Shown: positions 1 through 13,912, counted from the first letter of the whole stretch. The stretch: 63,134 nt of DNA, filler included, from Squatina squatina (GCA_031763465.1; 4 parts of 4 records of this genome joined end to end with filler, not necessarily neighbours in it), one strand, 5' to 3'. A program made the numbers and translations. Notes: generated by a model not told the origin, from the letters alone.

Positions 1-59
1 TTGTTCTGCCATTTCTTTGTCCCCCATTATAATTTCCTCTTTCCCCTGCATTTTCCCTG

Positions 60-290
60 CTCGTCATTGGTGGCGCCCTTCAGCGGTATAGGCCCTAAGC
101 TCTGGAATTGCCTCCCTAAATCCCCCTCCTGCTTTAAGACCCTCTTTAAAACTGACTCTAACCAAGCTTTAGTTACCCATGTTAATATCTCGTTTTGTGG
201 CTCGGTTTCAATTTTTGTCTGATTACGCTCCTGTGGAGCACCCTGGGATGATTGCTATGTTACAAATGCTGTATAAGTGCAAGTTGTTCA
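60..290 (+). mobile_element. L2-clade LINE 3' tail remnant
   Basis: ccctaagctctggaattgcctccctaaa...acgctcctgtggagcacc...tataagtgcaagttgtt matches the 3' tail of the longer L2 copy at 30230-30855 in this window. Confidence 0.7.
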
Positions 291-324
291 TATATTGCTA
301 CTGTTAATTCCTCTTCCCAGTCTC

Positions 325-460
325 ATTGCCTTGCACTTGTCTACATTAAATGACATCTGACACTTCTTAGACTAAATCCCCAGTCTATATCAGATTCACC
401 TGTTTGGCCGACTTGTATTCTGTATTTTGTAGTCCCAATTTCTTGTCAGTAAATTTAGCT
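325..460 (-). mobile_element. degenerate CR1-like LINE fragment
   Basis: cttgcacttgtctacattaaatgacatctg resembles the reversed CR1 copy at 61990-62080 (catcactctacatttgtctatattaaaagacatctg). Confidence 0.4.
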
Positions 461-949
461 CCTTAATCCATTTTTCAGTTCTTCTGGTAACATTAAGCAA
501 GGTGTATCTTACGACTGTATTGTTTAAAATTCTGTTTAGGGCTGTGGTAGTTTGGTTGCATTGTATAAGTATCCATGTTTCTTGAATGAGACTTTCAGCT
601 TAGAATTTCAGAGGACCAGGCTTTTAACACTTGATNNNNNNNNNNTATCAATATAGACAATGATTTGAAATGGGATGCTCATAATTATAAATATAATGTG
701 TCAGAAAATTAGAAAACGTATTGGCTTCCCTGGTTGATTAAGACACTTTATAAATAAATCTGATTTGAATCTAATTTACAAAACCATAGTTCTGCTGAAA
801 ATATATGCATAATAGCAGAAAATAAATTGCACACAGGGCTTATGGATATTTTTTCTCAAATGCAATTAATCGCCATTCACATCAAATTAACGATTTTTCA
901 GATATAATCTAAACGTGGTATAAAGTTTTGGTTTTTTTTATCTCTGCAG

Positions 950-1051
950 ATCTGGAGTCAGACATTGTATGCAACTACTCAAGTCTTACGTTGGTGCTTG
1001 TGCATCGAAGCCACATGGCACCGAATCTGTTTGCAAGAACAAAGTGCAAAG
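950..1051 (+). CDS. internal coding exon of an unidentified gene, (D)LESDIVCNYSSLTLVLVHRSHMAPNLFARTKCK
   Basis: Strong acceptor ttttttttatctctgcag|950. The exon is 102 nt, open, and ends AAG|GTCACT. Read as phase 1-1 it joins in frame to the exon at 2093. Confidence 0.6.
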
Positions 1052-2092
1052 GTCACTTTATGCATCATTTAGTGTTTTTTTTGTAAAAGCTGCTTTTCTC
1101 CAAACTTCTGCCTCATTTAAGTTCTTTTCCATCATAGCTACTCAAAATTGTTACAGACCAATGTTTGTTATTACTAGCGAGGCTACGGCCAAAGAGGCCT
1201 ATTCAATGGTGAGAATACATGTCATTCTTTTTTAAAAATTGCGTGTTTCACCATTTCTATTACTGAGATCCTATAAGGAGGTTTATATCGAGATTTAAAA
1301 AGAAATTAGCCCAACCTGAATTTGATGCATCATCCCCCAGAAATACAAATGCTTTAATTCAGATTAAAGAGAATAGTGGTTATGTCTCTTTGATCTGATC
1401 TATTGGCATTCTTGATCTCGCACATTCTGATCTTACATATTAACCATAAAATTGACATTCAGTTTGAACATTAGCCTTTCTAGTTGCATTTAAAAGGTAT
1501 TATCAAAATTAGCACTCACCACTGAAATGGCCTTTAATCTTTTTTTGTTTTTGACAATGGAATTATTCAGGAAAGCTTTGAGGGGTTAAAGGGATATAGA
1601 ATTAATGGAGCACTCCATTCATTGCTACAGCACAGTGGATTCTTAGGATGGCTTAAGTAATTCAAAATTACTTGTTTGCGTTGGTCGGNNNNNNNNNNNN
1701 NNNNNNNNNNNNNNNNNNNNNNNNNNNNNNNNNNNNNNNNNNNNNNNNNNNNNNNNNNNNNNNNNNNNNNNNNNNNNNNNNNNNNNNNNNNNNNNNNNNN
1801 NNNNNNNNNNNNNNNNNNNNNNNNNNNNNNNNNNNNNNNNNNNNNNNNNNNNNNNNNNNNNNNNNNNNNNNNNNNNNNNNNNNNNNNNNNNNNNNNNNNN
1901 NNNNNNNNNNNNNNNNNNNNNNNNNNNNNNNNNNNNNNNNNNNNNNNNNNNNNNNNNNNNNNNNNNNNNNNNNNNNNNNNNNNNNNNNNNNNNNNNNNNN
2001 NNNNNNNNNNNNNNNNNNNNNNNNNNNNNNNNNNNNNNNNNNNNNNNNNNNNNNNNNNNNNNNNNNNNNNNNNNNNNNNNNNNNCATTTCAG

Positions 2093-2184
2093 AAGCTCAT
2101 GTAGAGTTTTATTATCCTTGTCTAAATGAAAGGACCTGGGTAGAAGAACGCCGCAGCTTTAAAACTCTTGATGGTCTTAGTTGA
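2093..2184 (+). CDS. terminal coding exon of the same unidentified gene, (E)AHVEFYYPCLNERTWVEERRSFKTLDGLS*
   Basis: Acceptor catttcag|2093 (its pyrimidine tract lies in the gap), phase-compatible with 950-1051. TGA stop at 2182-2184, then AT-rich UTR-like sequence with AATAAA at 2478-2483. Confidence 0.6.
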
Positions 2185-2506
2185 CAGGAATTTGTGGAAC
2201 AATACCATCCACATAGAATGGGAGCAGTGTGTTAAATTCATGAAAGTGGAGTGAATATTTGTGTCTAGCAAGTGAGTTCTTTCCACCCTGTATGGTAACG
2301 TCTTAGGAAATGAATGTATATGACTGGAAAGCACTGACAAGGGTATGAGGTAAAGCAAATTGAGATTTAGGGAGCATATATTTTCCTTCAACTTAGAAAT
2401 GACCACATATCAGAATTCTGTCAAAATACAGAAGCTAGGTTATGTTGCACAATACATATATAAAAATAATCTATGCTAATAAACAGGTACAAGACTTTAT
2501 ACATGA

Positions 2507-2526
2507 ATATATATATATATATATAT
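2507..2526. repeat. (AT)10 microsatellite
   Basis: Perfect atat run seen directly. Confidence 0.9.
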
Positions 2527-5500
2527 GTAACACACCCATATTGTGTTTGTGGTTAGCTTAATAGACTGATTCCTGAAAAGCAAACTGTATGAGACCTAGA
2601 TTTTAAATAGAATTGTAATCAAATATATTAAACTCTTCACAGTCTGCTGTTGCAGAAATTTTTACGTTCAGATCACATAATTGAAAGAGGGGTTTAAGTG
2701 GGTAATTTCCAAAAATACTTGCGGGTGCATTATATGCACACACCATAATCCTAGCCTCACAAACCTTGGTTGCATGGAGCAGTGTTCTGCTAAATGTATC
2801 CTTGTTTAGTAAAGGTGGGGAAGAGGGTTTATTCTGCAATATCAAATGATGCGTTTCCAATGCTGAAGTTTTAANNNNNNNNNNNNNNNNNNNNNNNNNN
2901 NNNNNNNNNNNNNNNNNNNNNNNNNNNNNNNNNNNNNNNNNNNNNNNNNNNNNNNNNNNNNNNNNNNNNNNNNNTTAAGACAGTCACACATAGATATAAT
3001 TGTTTAGATTTATGGGTAGTCAAATTCCTGCTGCATTCTCAGAAATCAGATATGCCTCTTCTCGCATTACAAGATTGTTGCAGAAGATGTAATTTTAAAT
3101 CTTGTTGCTTCTATTTAGCAGTTTTAAAATTAGTTTAAGGTATACACTTGCATCAGATCCATTTATTTTAAATCTAATTGTGGCATTTTTGAGCAACATT
3201 CCATTTAAAAATTTGAGCTCAGTAACCCATTAAAAAAAAAGTGGGTTTTTATCTAATTTGTTATTTGCCAAACAAACATTATTTGGTCCAATGTGTTTAA
3301 ATTTGCTAGAGTGCCTGAATTTTAGTGATGGATCTCTTAAAATTATTATGCCATTGATTTAACCAGCTAGCTAATTTCTCAGTGAATAACTGGTGGATTT
3401 TTTAAACTAATCTTTACTGAACCATTTCACATCAGAAAATGAGGCTCTGGCTGAGTGTTTAGAATGCATCAGTTTTCCACTTAATATATTGTTAGAAATT
3501 TTGCAGTGTTAATTTAGATTGTATCCTTCACTTATTTACAGATTGAAGTACAAATTGGCAATGAGAACTGCTCATGTGTCCCAGCAAAATGGGGGAGAGA
3601 GAGACGTGTGGTTCCTTAATTTAAACTCTAGAACTAATTGAGAAGCAGTCTAACTCAGTAGAGACAGAGATCACAAACAACAGGTGTGCAGAAATTTTAA
3701 GATGGAATTATTACAGACTGATGGGAATTTTGACTAGGCAACAGTCTTTAAATTGAAACTGGGCGAGCTATAAAATGGCCAATTGGCAAGTACACATTTC
3801 CAAATATTCCCTATTTGATATGGAAACTGGAGGGAATATTACTGCAGAATACCAATCTTTAAGTGACTACTATGGGAAAAGAGTAATTCTGAACAAAGCC
3901 GCTATTGATGCAAGTGATTATCTTGTGATTTTATTTTCAGTGAAACTCTCCTTTCACTGAGAAATCATGAGTAAATCAGCCCAAACTTTGATATAACTGC
4001 ACTTAAGATCAGCGGATCCGCTTTTTGCAGAGCATTAGTAATAGGGGAAAAACTTCAGCATCAGGTTTGGTACAAAGTACAGTGTGCAAAGAAGTAGTGG
4101 TTTATAGTAATTGTCTTCAGGTTGAATCTCCCACTTAATTTTGTATGAATTGAACTGGCAAATGGGGACTATTTAGTGNNNNNNNNNNNNNNNNNNNNNN
4201 NNNNNNNNNNNNNNNNNNNNNNNNNNTGAAGTGGTAGTTCTTCAAAGATGTTTTGTTCATGTGTCTAGAATCACGAAGTAAAATCTCCCAGCTGATTGCA
4301 ATGGTCTGAGTTCTGACTCCTTTGTGTTGCTGATGTCTTTGTAAATGAAGTTGTTTTAATTAAACTGATCCATTAATTGGGGACAAATATTTCAGCCACA
4401 TTTGATTAGGTCAGGTTCAGATTTTGCACAAATTTACTATACTAAATATGTAAAGAAAATGGATATACAAGGGAACACTTGCAAAACATATTCTGATATA
4501 ATTTGATTTGTACCTGATGGAACTTTATCCTGCTGCCTTTTACTTAACATGTTTGCTAGTTAGTCTAGTAGACTTTTGCCCTTGAGTTTGCCCTTGATTT
4601 GGATATTCACCTTTCACCATTTTCTCCTGTTTTTGTCTCCTATTTTTTTTTCACGTGTGAAGAGAAAGGTACATTTTGCTCTTTCCTATGCCAGGGTGCT
4701 CTGTCGCTGAGTTATCGTAAGGTGTATTATACTAGGGAGAATAAGATTAAAATTTTCGACCTAAATCACAGTACAAAACTATCTTAAAATTGGCACTAAT
4801 TTATACTAAATTGATTTCACTCTGACCACAAATAGCTAGTGCTGGTCTAAAGTTAGGACAAAGTTGTGAGTGCTTTACTCTGCATCATAACCAAATTTTA
4901 CCTGACCTGAGAGTGATTAATGCTGAGACAGGATACCTGAAGTGAAGTGTGTTCTATTCCCAACCCTAACAACCCTCACCTTGATGGATAGAAATTTTCA
5001 CTATTTCTTTAAAAAAAAAACTACTAGTAATCTTTTATATGAACATTTTTGAAATTCCATAAATACCACCCTTTCACAGTTGCTATAATTGAATATAACT
5101 GGTTGGTTTTTGGCACCATTACTGTCAATCACCAGAATACTTCACTCAAAGGCTCACCGTTTGTCAGATCAGTATTTTATCAGCAGATGTTAAGATATTT
5201 TGATATCGCCGCCCACTGATGAGCTGATCTTCTCACCACAGACCGCAAAGACTTGCTCTGATATTCCTATTTTGATGTATAAAAAAATCTGCGCACTCAA
5301 TTACTATTTTCCCCATGACTGTTAAAAAGCAGGCAAATGTAATTTCATTAAACGTATAAATGCTTATTTAGCTGTCACTAACATTGTAAGGGGCNNNNNN
5401 NNNNNNNNNNNNNNNNNNNNNNNNNNNNNNNNNNNNNNNNNNNNNNNNNNNNNNNNNNNNNNNNNNNNNNNNNNNNNNNNNNNNNNNNNNNNNNGGCCTA

Positions 5501-6470
5501 CTGTATAATAAAGCTTTATGCTGATGCGCACAGCGCAATAGCAGACGTTATTCTTGGCCTGTCAATAAACCACAATGGCAGATCACAGTAATTGTTTTCA
5601 AACTGTTATAGGTGGTGGCAACACTGCTCTGTGCTTAGCACCCTTTATTGCATCCTCATGGTTAATATTCTTTAAAAATTTGGATTCCATTTGATTTTGC
5701 AAAATCACCAAGAAATCTTTATTGTTTATCTATTAAGAAATTGGAAGTAACACAAAAAATGTATTGGAAGTGTTCCCAACAGCTCGCCTGATAAACTCTT
5801 GTGATTCGTATAGTACAGGCTTGTTATACAAGTACTTGATGTGCTGCATAGTACATTGGCAGTAGCTGAACTTGCACCAACGTTGCCATTCATGTATATT
5901 TACCTTTTTTGTTCCTGCTTACCAGCTTGTGAGCTAAATCAGATTTCTAATTTTAACATTTGCCACATTTTTGAAAAGAAAAATCGATGCCCAAATTTGA
6001 ACGTGTTTGCATTTTAATTGGACTGAGACTTTTCTTACAAGATAATCATGCAATTTTTTCAAATTAGCATGACATTTCAAAATATCACAGAATTAGCATT
6101 GGAAACTTTAAAAATTCAAATTGTACTGTGGAAGTTGTGAACTGTTCTTTTAATATTGAATGGCTAATTGGATACTGCCTAATAACTAATGTGATTAAAA
6201 AATAAATTTCACCATTCTTGACTGTTTAGCTCATAACCAGTGTGTAACTGTATGCAACAAAAGAAAGCATACCAAGTAAAACAGGGCGCTCGTAGTTCAA
6301 CATAACCAGGTTTACCAGTTCAGTTATGATTATACAAGACCTTTTAACAGATTTTTGTACATCTTTACTAAATTAAAAAGTACTGTAATGCAAGACTTGA
6401 ACAATGCATATTAATAGTTGTACTGGCCCAATTCAATGTCATAAGTACTTCAGAATATCAGATTTAAATA

Positions 6471-6545
6471 GGGGCATTTATCAGAGTAAAAGGGGCACTT
6501 TTCCTATGTAAAAAGGGGCACTTCTTACAAAGTTTAAAGGGCAAT
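6471..6545 (+). repeat. four spaced copies of an (aa)ggg(g)ca(c/t/a) motif
   Basis: ggggcattt, aaggggcacttt, aaggggcacttc and aaagggcaatt within 75 nt. Confidence 0.6.
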
Positions 6546-8845
6546 TCAACACATTTTTTAAAATTGCATTACGATAGTCTACTCAAAGCAAATCTTTTCA
6601 CAGCATGGGTTGCAAAGTACCATTGTAGTAAAGCACTGCACTTGGATAATGTGTGCCACCAGAGGCCATTTTGACTCTGTCACCATTGAGTTCAGAAGGA
6701 AATCGGAAATAAACCAAAATGTCACGAGCCCTATGGTAAAAAAAAGTGTTTGCAGAGTTCTCTGCAACTTCACAGTGAACAATTCAAAACAGTGGACAGA
6801 AGATTCAGTGTGTGAGTATACTCCTGAAATGGACATGTTGCTTTACAGTTATGCAGATCTATCACTGTTTGATTGTCTGCATGGGAATACATAAAGATGG
6901 ATGGACACGAGAACGCAGGCTTTGCAAACAGCCCTCTCCACTCTGCCCATACAGCTTGCTTACTGAAGCAATCTGTGTTGTAACTGCGTTGTAGAGTCAT
7001 TTCAATAAACCCTTTGTTTTCAGGAGTACAAAAATGACATACTTAGCACATAAAATGCAGACTAGTTTCAGCACTTTAGCAGTATATACACAAAGTCTGC
7101 TGTTGCAGATCTGCCATCTGCATCAGCCCCAATTTAGGCACAGACGCTAATATAAATGAAGTGGCACGGAGTACCACACCATGATTTTTTCTGGCCACAA
7201 GTAGTTTTTCCATTGTCTTGCTTGCTTACATGTCAGGTAAGGTGCATGGGCAAATGATTAGAAGCACAATTGTTAATATCAAAAACAAACACAAGACAAT
7301 TATTTTTGTATTGCCACCAAACCTCTAATCTGCTCCGCAATGTTAACACAAAGTAAATAAAGAGCCGCCTCCTTTGAAGCACCTCTGTACAGTAAAAACT
7401 GACACTACAGGATGACCTCTGATAGCTGTTCCTTAAATGACTTCAGTTAACATGGTAGCAAAACTAGCTGAGAGGATTAGTCCAATAAAAAAATTTAAAT
7501 TTGTTTCATATTATACACATCTATTAAATTAACATACATTAGCTGAGGCTTCAAATAGAGGTAACATCCAGTCACGATGCTCGCAATAGAATCGGTCACT
7601 GTTATGACATTTCATAAATGTTGCAAAATGTCACAAAATTTTACAATTGGCAGCAACTTAACATCAGTCAACTGGTGTATTGTTGATAAAAAAAAAAGTT
7701 TCCACTAAAATAAAATGTAAAGTAGTATCTGAACTGTGTTTATTTCAACTTACTTCAATTTCACCTTTCTAGCGAGGCTTGTTGCCGCTTTCACCAGTTT
7801 TTTGTCTGTCTTGTGGGCACTGACTCTTTCTGATGTATGGCGTCAGTAGTGCCAACAACTATCCCAAGTGACCATTCTTCAGGTTAAGCCTTAAATAGTG
7901 AGCGCTGACAGGCTATTCCACTGCAAAAGGCTGACAGCCAAGCCAGATACTGTCCTGACTNNNNNNNNNNNNNNNNNNNNNNNNNNNNNNNNNNNNNNNN
8001 NNNNNNNNNNNNNNNNNNNNNNNNNNNNNNNNNNNNNNNNNNNNNNNNNNNNNNNNNNNNGAATTAAGCCAAGAGTTTGTAATTGTATATTTACTGTAAG
8101 ATGTAGAACATTCAATAACTATTAAAATGTTTACAAAAAATGGAGCTTGTCATTGTTTTTGTGTGTTTAATGTTTAATGATTTGGGTAAATTTGATGATA
8201 TTTGAAATCAAAGAAGTTTTAACCTTTTTGAGGACTGCAACATGAGTTTTTCTTACCCTGATTTCAATTTCAGATCTGCACAATAAGATAATTTTTAGGA
8301 CAATGAGAATGGTGTTTATAGATTGCCTCATGACTCCACAAAATGTAATCTGATACAAAATCAGACTAAGGATTTCTTCATCAGTTATTTGTTGGAAGTA
8401 AGCCTGTTGAAATAAGATTGTCTTAGCACAATGATGCATAACATTTTGAAACATGTGGATTACTCCTTTGACAAAAGAAATATAGTCAACACAAAGTTTA
8501 TCTGAAACATTACATTTTCTTTCCTCATTTCTCAATTTCATTCCCTTTTATTATAGTTTGGCTGTGAAACTTCGATTTTGTAGTTTGATTACTGGTAGTG
8601 AAAAATAATGGTCCCTTTTGCATGTTGATGCTGCGTGTTTGGAGAGAACTTAGACAACTAACTGATACATCTGTGCATGTGGTGGCAGGATAATTCACTA
8701 ACATGCAGGTGCAATTTTTAAAATATGCAAATTGTGGTAACATTCCTTATAAAAGTAGGTGACAAACAGTTTGAGGTAGAAATGAAGCCCAGTAGTTTTG
8801 TAGAAACTTACATTTATTTTATGTTTTCTAACTGAGAAAGCTGGG

Positions 8846-8975
8846 TAGGGTTGCCATTTCTGGTTTGATGCATTCCCGGAGGTCTGATCACGTGAAGCCT
8901 GATCATGTCACATTTGATCACGCCACATTTGATCACGCCCCATCCAGTCACATGACATTTGATCACATGACATCT
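8846..8975 (+). mobile_element. hAT-like DNA transposon end with short tandem subterminal repeats
   Basis: Begins tagggttgcca, a hAT/Tip100-type terminus, followed by about five copies of (acatt)tgatcac(g/a) in roughly 15-nt units. Confidence 0.45.
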
Positions 8976-11900
8976 ACCCGCAGTTTGCGCATGTTATTGC
9001 ATTATTATCCCACAGTTTTCAATGCAATCTACGCAAGTAGATGATGCAAACAATTGGTAAAACGTGGATTGTAGTTTAATCTTTGAATCTGAATTCAAAT
9101 CTCAGACATTGNNNNNNNNNNNNNNNNNNNNNNNNNNNNNNNNNNNNNNNNNNNNNNNNNNNNNNNNNNNNNNNNNNNNNNNNNNNNNNNNNNNNNNNNN
9201 NNNNNNNNNNNTACTTGCCTACTCCTGTCCAGAGAAAACAATGGCTGGCACTGCAGGGGCAGCAGCCTACATCTGCCTCAGAAAACCACCTCCCGAGGTA
9301 GAACTCCACACCTTCAGCAGCATGAGCCACATTAGAAGATGCTGCCACTGGAGCCCAGGTTGCTGTTGGCAATAGTGTTGGGACATAATATAATACAGCT
9401 CGCGGTAATACTTCAGTTGTCTAACTGATTATTCAGTAGACCGAATTTGTTATATAAAAATAAGCTCAGTTCTTAAAGCATCTTGCTTCCTCAAACCTTG
9501 GGCCCACTTACAAATCTAAAAGATGGTTAGAAAAATGCCATGCAAGTCAGATGGAACCATCCTTACTGAACACGTTGGGTCAATAGAACCCCATTTTTTT
9601 GTTCTCAAATTTCAAAATGACATTTTGTCAGCATTTCACACTATAGAGACCACTATAATAAAGAGTTTTTTTTTTAAAAAGAAAGAATTGTTATGTTTGC
9701 ACTCACCAACACAAGTGCCCAGAATCAGTGGAAACAATCCCATTTAAGTGCTGTGGGATCCACCCAATGCCACTTCCAGTGATTCAGGGCTATAATATTG
9801 TATAATTCCACTTTTAATAGTTTGTGTCATAATTCCTGGTTTGGGCTAGTGGTGTAGCTATCGCAATTATCTCTTCACAACTCCAGGCTCGTGTCAGGCG
9901 GGTAATGTCTGCCTTTCTGGCTGGAACCTCCTCATGACAGACATGGAACCACAAGCTAATGACACAGCAAGCCGAGATCATTCCAACTCTGGGCGTTACC
10001 TCACGGACTGCTCTAATGTGCAAGAGCCAGGTGAATGAACCCCTCCAGCTGATGAATCTTCACTGCACGCAAGACAGAGGCAAACACTTCATGTCGACTC
10101 TTTCCAGCGAGGTTTCCCTCCACCTGGTCAATGTCTTCAACACACACCGTGACATCGGCAGTACACAGAGTTAAACTGCTCCTCTACCAGTTTAGGAAAG
10201 GCACTCTGCCTTCTTGCCCCTCCCCAGAAGCTGGCATTTGCAGTGGAAACACAATCAATTCAACACCTATTTATTCTGCACGTTTAAACAGACTGCAGAT
10301 CTGCACTTCGTGAAATGCCAGTTTCTGGTTNNNNNNNNNNNNNNNNNNNNNNNNNNNNNNNNNNNNNNNNNNNNNNNNNNNNNNNNNNNNNNNNNNNNNN
10401 NNNNNNNNNNNNNNNNNNNNNNNNNNNNNNACAACCAATCACACTAACAATGTTGCAGCTGGCACAAGGACCAATCCCCTGCTTGAAAAGGTGAGCTCTT
10501 CTGCGCTCTCAAAAAAAAAAGGCACATGTGCGTAAGAATCAACCAATTCTTCAAAAAAAATGGATGGGTCATTCATCTCAAAGCTGTTTGCGAGATGTTT
10601 AAAATTATGGGGAGGGGGCTATGAAAAAAAAAGCAGGGTTCACTCCCATTCTTTCTTGAATTTAGATTGAGCTAAAGTTTCAATGTTGCCTAACAGATGC
10701 TTTCTTGTCTGTTTACACTGAGTCTAAGGATTCCTGTTGAGTGTGTGACAGGATGAAATTATTCAGCTCACAAGTAGGATGTGTGGGGGAGGGGTTCAAG
10801 GTCATCACAGTTGATCATCAGCCAGTTTTACAGATCTAGCATGCACGGCTAACAAGGATCTTAGTTTGCAAATTGACGAGGTAGTTAAAAGGTGAGAAAG
10901 TAACTTTTTTTTTTCCAGTTACATTTTTAAGCAGCAGCATTTGTAGTGAATTCAGCACAGCCTCTTACTTTACTAATGATCGTTCTATACACAAAGCATT
11001 TATACTCTGGATTTAAAACGAGCACAATTTGAAATTCTGGAAATCTCTATGCTCAAAAGTGGGCAGCATAAAATAATAAACTGTACCTGCACATAGAACA
11101 AAAAAAATGATGCTTTTCAGGAAAGGAAGAGCTCTTGGATAAGCCTGATTATTTAAGCGGATGAACACTTAAGGTGTTTGTATGACATTCCTCCGTCCAC
11201 TATTTTAAGACAGGCACGAAGAGCTTATTTTAAATGGTTAACGTCGTATGAACATGGCAAGTGTTTATCTGTTTATATTGCCAACAGGGATTTGCTGGCT
11301 GAATTTTTGGGGTTTTTTTTGTTTTGGTCCACAACCTGTCCTGATCTCTTCCATTAACTGAAACACCACTTCCTAAATTTCCCTAGATCTGTAGAGCACA
11401 GCAAATACCACAAACACAGAAAGGTCGGAGTGCACACATGGAAAGAAACCCGCCCAGATGTGGCTGCACCCGGGTAACCCAATTCCCCCGAGCGCAGACC
11501 CAGGAACATCTCCCCTAGCTGCACAGCTCAGCGAGGCAGCCAGGTCATCGAATGTTAGACAGAGAAAGGATCTTCTCCATCACAGGGTGGGACCCGAGGT
11601 CAGGCATAACTTGAGAAGGAGTGGTTTCATTTCTGTTTCCATTTCAATTTGATGCTTTATCGGACAGTTGAGAAGCAGCTCGTTAAATAGCTGCATCACC
11701 ATGGCAATACAAGGCATGGGGCTTACAAACGTAAGCATTGAGCGACTGCACTGATCACTTCCAATAGAAGATATTTTGATCAGCGTCCTGGGAAGCACAA
11801 CAGTACATTTCAGATCAGTTGATACCAGTGAACCAGAGCTGGTTCTTTTACAAAAATAAATTGTGCCCAAGGCGATGGATATTAGTGATGGGAAAATCAA

Positions 11901-12234
11901 AAACTTTCCCATATGAGGCACCCATTGGGAGCATCAAGCATTGCCAGGTCTGGTAGACAGGGGTTAGATACTCTGCATAAACGTACCAAGATTTTCACTG
12001 TTTGTTATTTACAACAAAACTGTAAACACATGGATAAAGAACGCAGTTATGATTTTGGAATACATAGTAGAAAGAGTGGAATTCTTCCCCCTAGGGTGCT
12101 TTGACCCGAGAGCACTCCTGAATGCATCACGGTCACATTTTTTCTGATGAGCTAGCCGCCCGGTCTCTGAGTCGCTTTTGTTATTGTTGTGGGTTTCTGC
12201 TCACTAACTCACTGTGTATCAACCAAAAGACAGC

Positions 12235-12320
12235 AGAGATTTTCATCCCATCAGTCTAGGCTGGATTTGAATCCAGGCCGCAGAGGCAAAAGGACAGTGT
12301 GTTTCGTCATTTAATCCACA
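12235..12320 (-). mobile_element. tRNA-derived SINE head
   Basis: Minus strand reads ...ggattcaaatccagccctagactgatg (B-box-like). A related copy lies on + at 13913-13990. Confidence 0.5.
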
Positions 12321-12489
12321 ATAGCACACATGACCACAAAAAACACATGCACAACCTCAGACTGATCTGGAACAAAACTGAGAAGAATCAGGAGGCCCCA
12401 TTTCAACAGGGTTCGGCAAATCTGGCACACTATTACTCGGAGACACCGTTCATAGTGACTCGCAGACTTACCCAAAGAACAAAGGGAGA

Positions 12490-12735
12490 ATTTGTTTCAA
12501 GGAGAAGTTTGTTCGGACATGGAGAATAATAAGCCCCAGAATGTCCGACCAGAAGCAATGGTGGAAGCAGAATCCATGGTAACCCTTAAAAGGGAAGGAG
12601 ATAAATATTGGAAAAAGAAAAATATAAAAGGGTATGAGGGAAGGGCAGGGGATTGGAACTAGATAGATGGCTCATGCTGAGAGCCAGCATAGATGTGATG
12701 GGATGAATGGCCCGTCTGTGCTGTAAAATTCTATA
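12490..12735 (+). mobile_element. CR1-type LINE 3' end
   Basis: gtggaagcagaatccat...ttaaaagggaaggagataaatat...gatgggatgaatggcccgtctgtgctgtaaaattctat is the typical CR1 ORF2 end and tail. Confidence 0.7.
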
Positions 12736-13210
12736 GCCCCGATATTAATCTAACCCGCCCGACAGGAATGGTTGGGTTCGGGTCAGCTACCCATTTTAAG
12801 CATTGTCTAATCTTACTCTCCGCCGACTTCAATGGAGAGTAAAGTCAAATGGGGTGTAAAACAGGTGCATGACCCGAACTCATCCTGATCCCACNNNNNN
12901 NNNNNNNNNNNNNNNNNNNNNNNNNNNNNNNNNNNNNNNNNNNNNNNNNNNNNNNNNNNNNNNNNNNNNNNNNNNNNNNNNNNNNNNNNNNNNNCTGAAC
13001 CCACCCAACCAAGCTTACCCCAGACCTAACCCTGCCTCACTCTCTGCAGCTGAGGCCTACCCACCTGCAGCCAGCTAGCCTCTCAATCTGGCTGGCTATG
13101 GGCGGGAAACCGAGGCCTCACATGCAAATCAGGCACTGCCGTTAAAGTCGGCAGGGCCTGCGAGAAACCCACCCCCAAGCCGCCTACCTGGAGAAATTCC
13201 GGCCCTGGAG
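12736..13210. mobile_element. GC-rich non-autonomous DNA transposon (MITE-like) remnant, gap inside
   Basis: CpG-rich block with acccgccc motifs ending aaattccggccc, similar in style to other GC-rich blocks in the window. Confidence 0.4.
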
Positions 13211-13912
13211 TTTCAAGTAGAAAGAAGAGATGATAGATGATTAGATCAGACATAGGAACATGGGTAGAGGAGTAGGCCTTTCAACCCTTGAGACTGTTCC
13301 ATCTTTCAATTAGACCCTGAAAAGGGACCCAGATAACAGAGCAATTGCAGCGCATTTTGCATTCCAGCGTTGTCATGTCTTTTGCAGGCCAGAATTGAGG
13401 TGTTAAATAATTGCACGTTTGTGCTTGAATAGAGTGTGTGCCTGTCAACAGTACCGCTCACCAGATTTTCTAAAAGACTAAACAGCAAAGCACAAACGAC
13501 GGCTTCTTCTCATGTTAGTTCGTGCTGTCTACTTCTCTTATACTTTTGCAGCACTAACATATTAATTACAAGATGTCTCCTGCAAGTGTAGCTTACTCAT
13601 TCTAACATGGTGTTGGATACAGCTTTAAAAACAAGATAGATTAAAATAGTTGCAATGTCTTGCAAAATGTCATCCAAAACAAAATTTTATTGTTCCAAAT
13701 ATAGGAATGTGCAGCACTGCAGTGGTCACAGAGTCTGTCATCGCTTTTTTATCAATAATGTTTTGAACTGTTTCAAAGATGGGAGCTTGGTCCTGCAGTC
13801 AAAGCTAGTTAAAAGCAAAATTATGCAGACAGTGGTGGACTTAATGGCTGTCATATGGATTCTTTTGATTTGGCATTTGGAACTTTTATTTTGCAAGTCA
13901 TGAAAGATGAGC

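Noticed and set aside
7760-7960. Possible minus-strand protein C-terminus (SGQYLAWLSAFCSGIACQRSLFKA*) followed by UTR-like DNA
   Set aside because: Too short, cut by a gap, no acceptor visible and no recognisable homology.
8885-8975. CRISPR-like or regulatory repeat array
   Set aside because: Short tandem units without unique spacers, inside a DNA-transposon end in a vertebrate genome.
9814-10313. Cluster of 60-77 aa ORFs in moderately GC-rich sequence
   Set aside because: No frame gives a recognisable protein or a consistent pair of splice sites.
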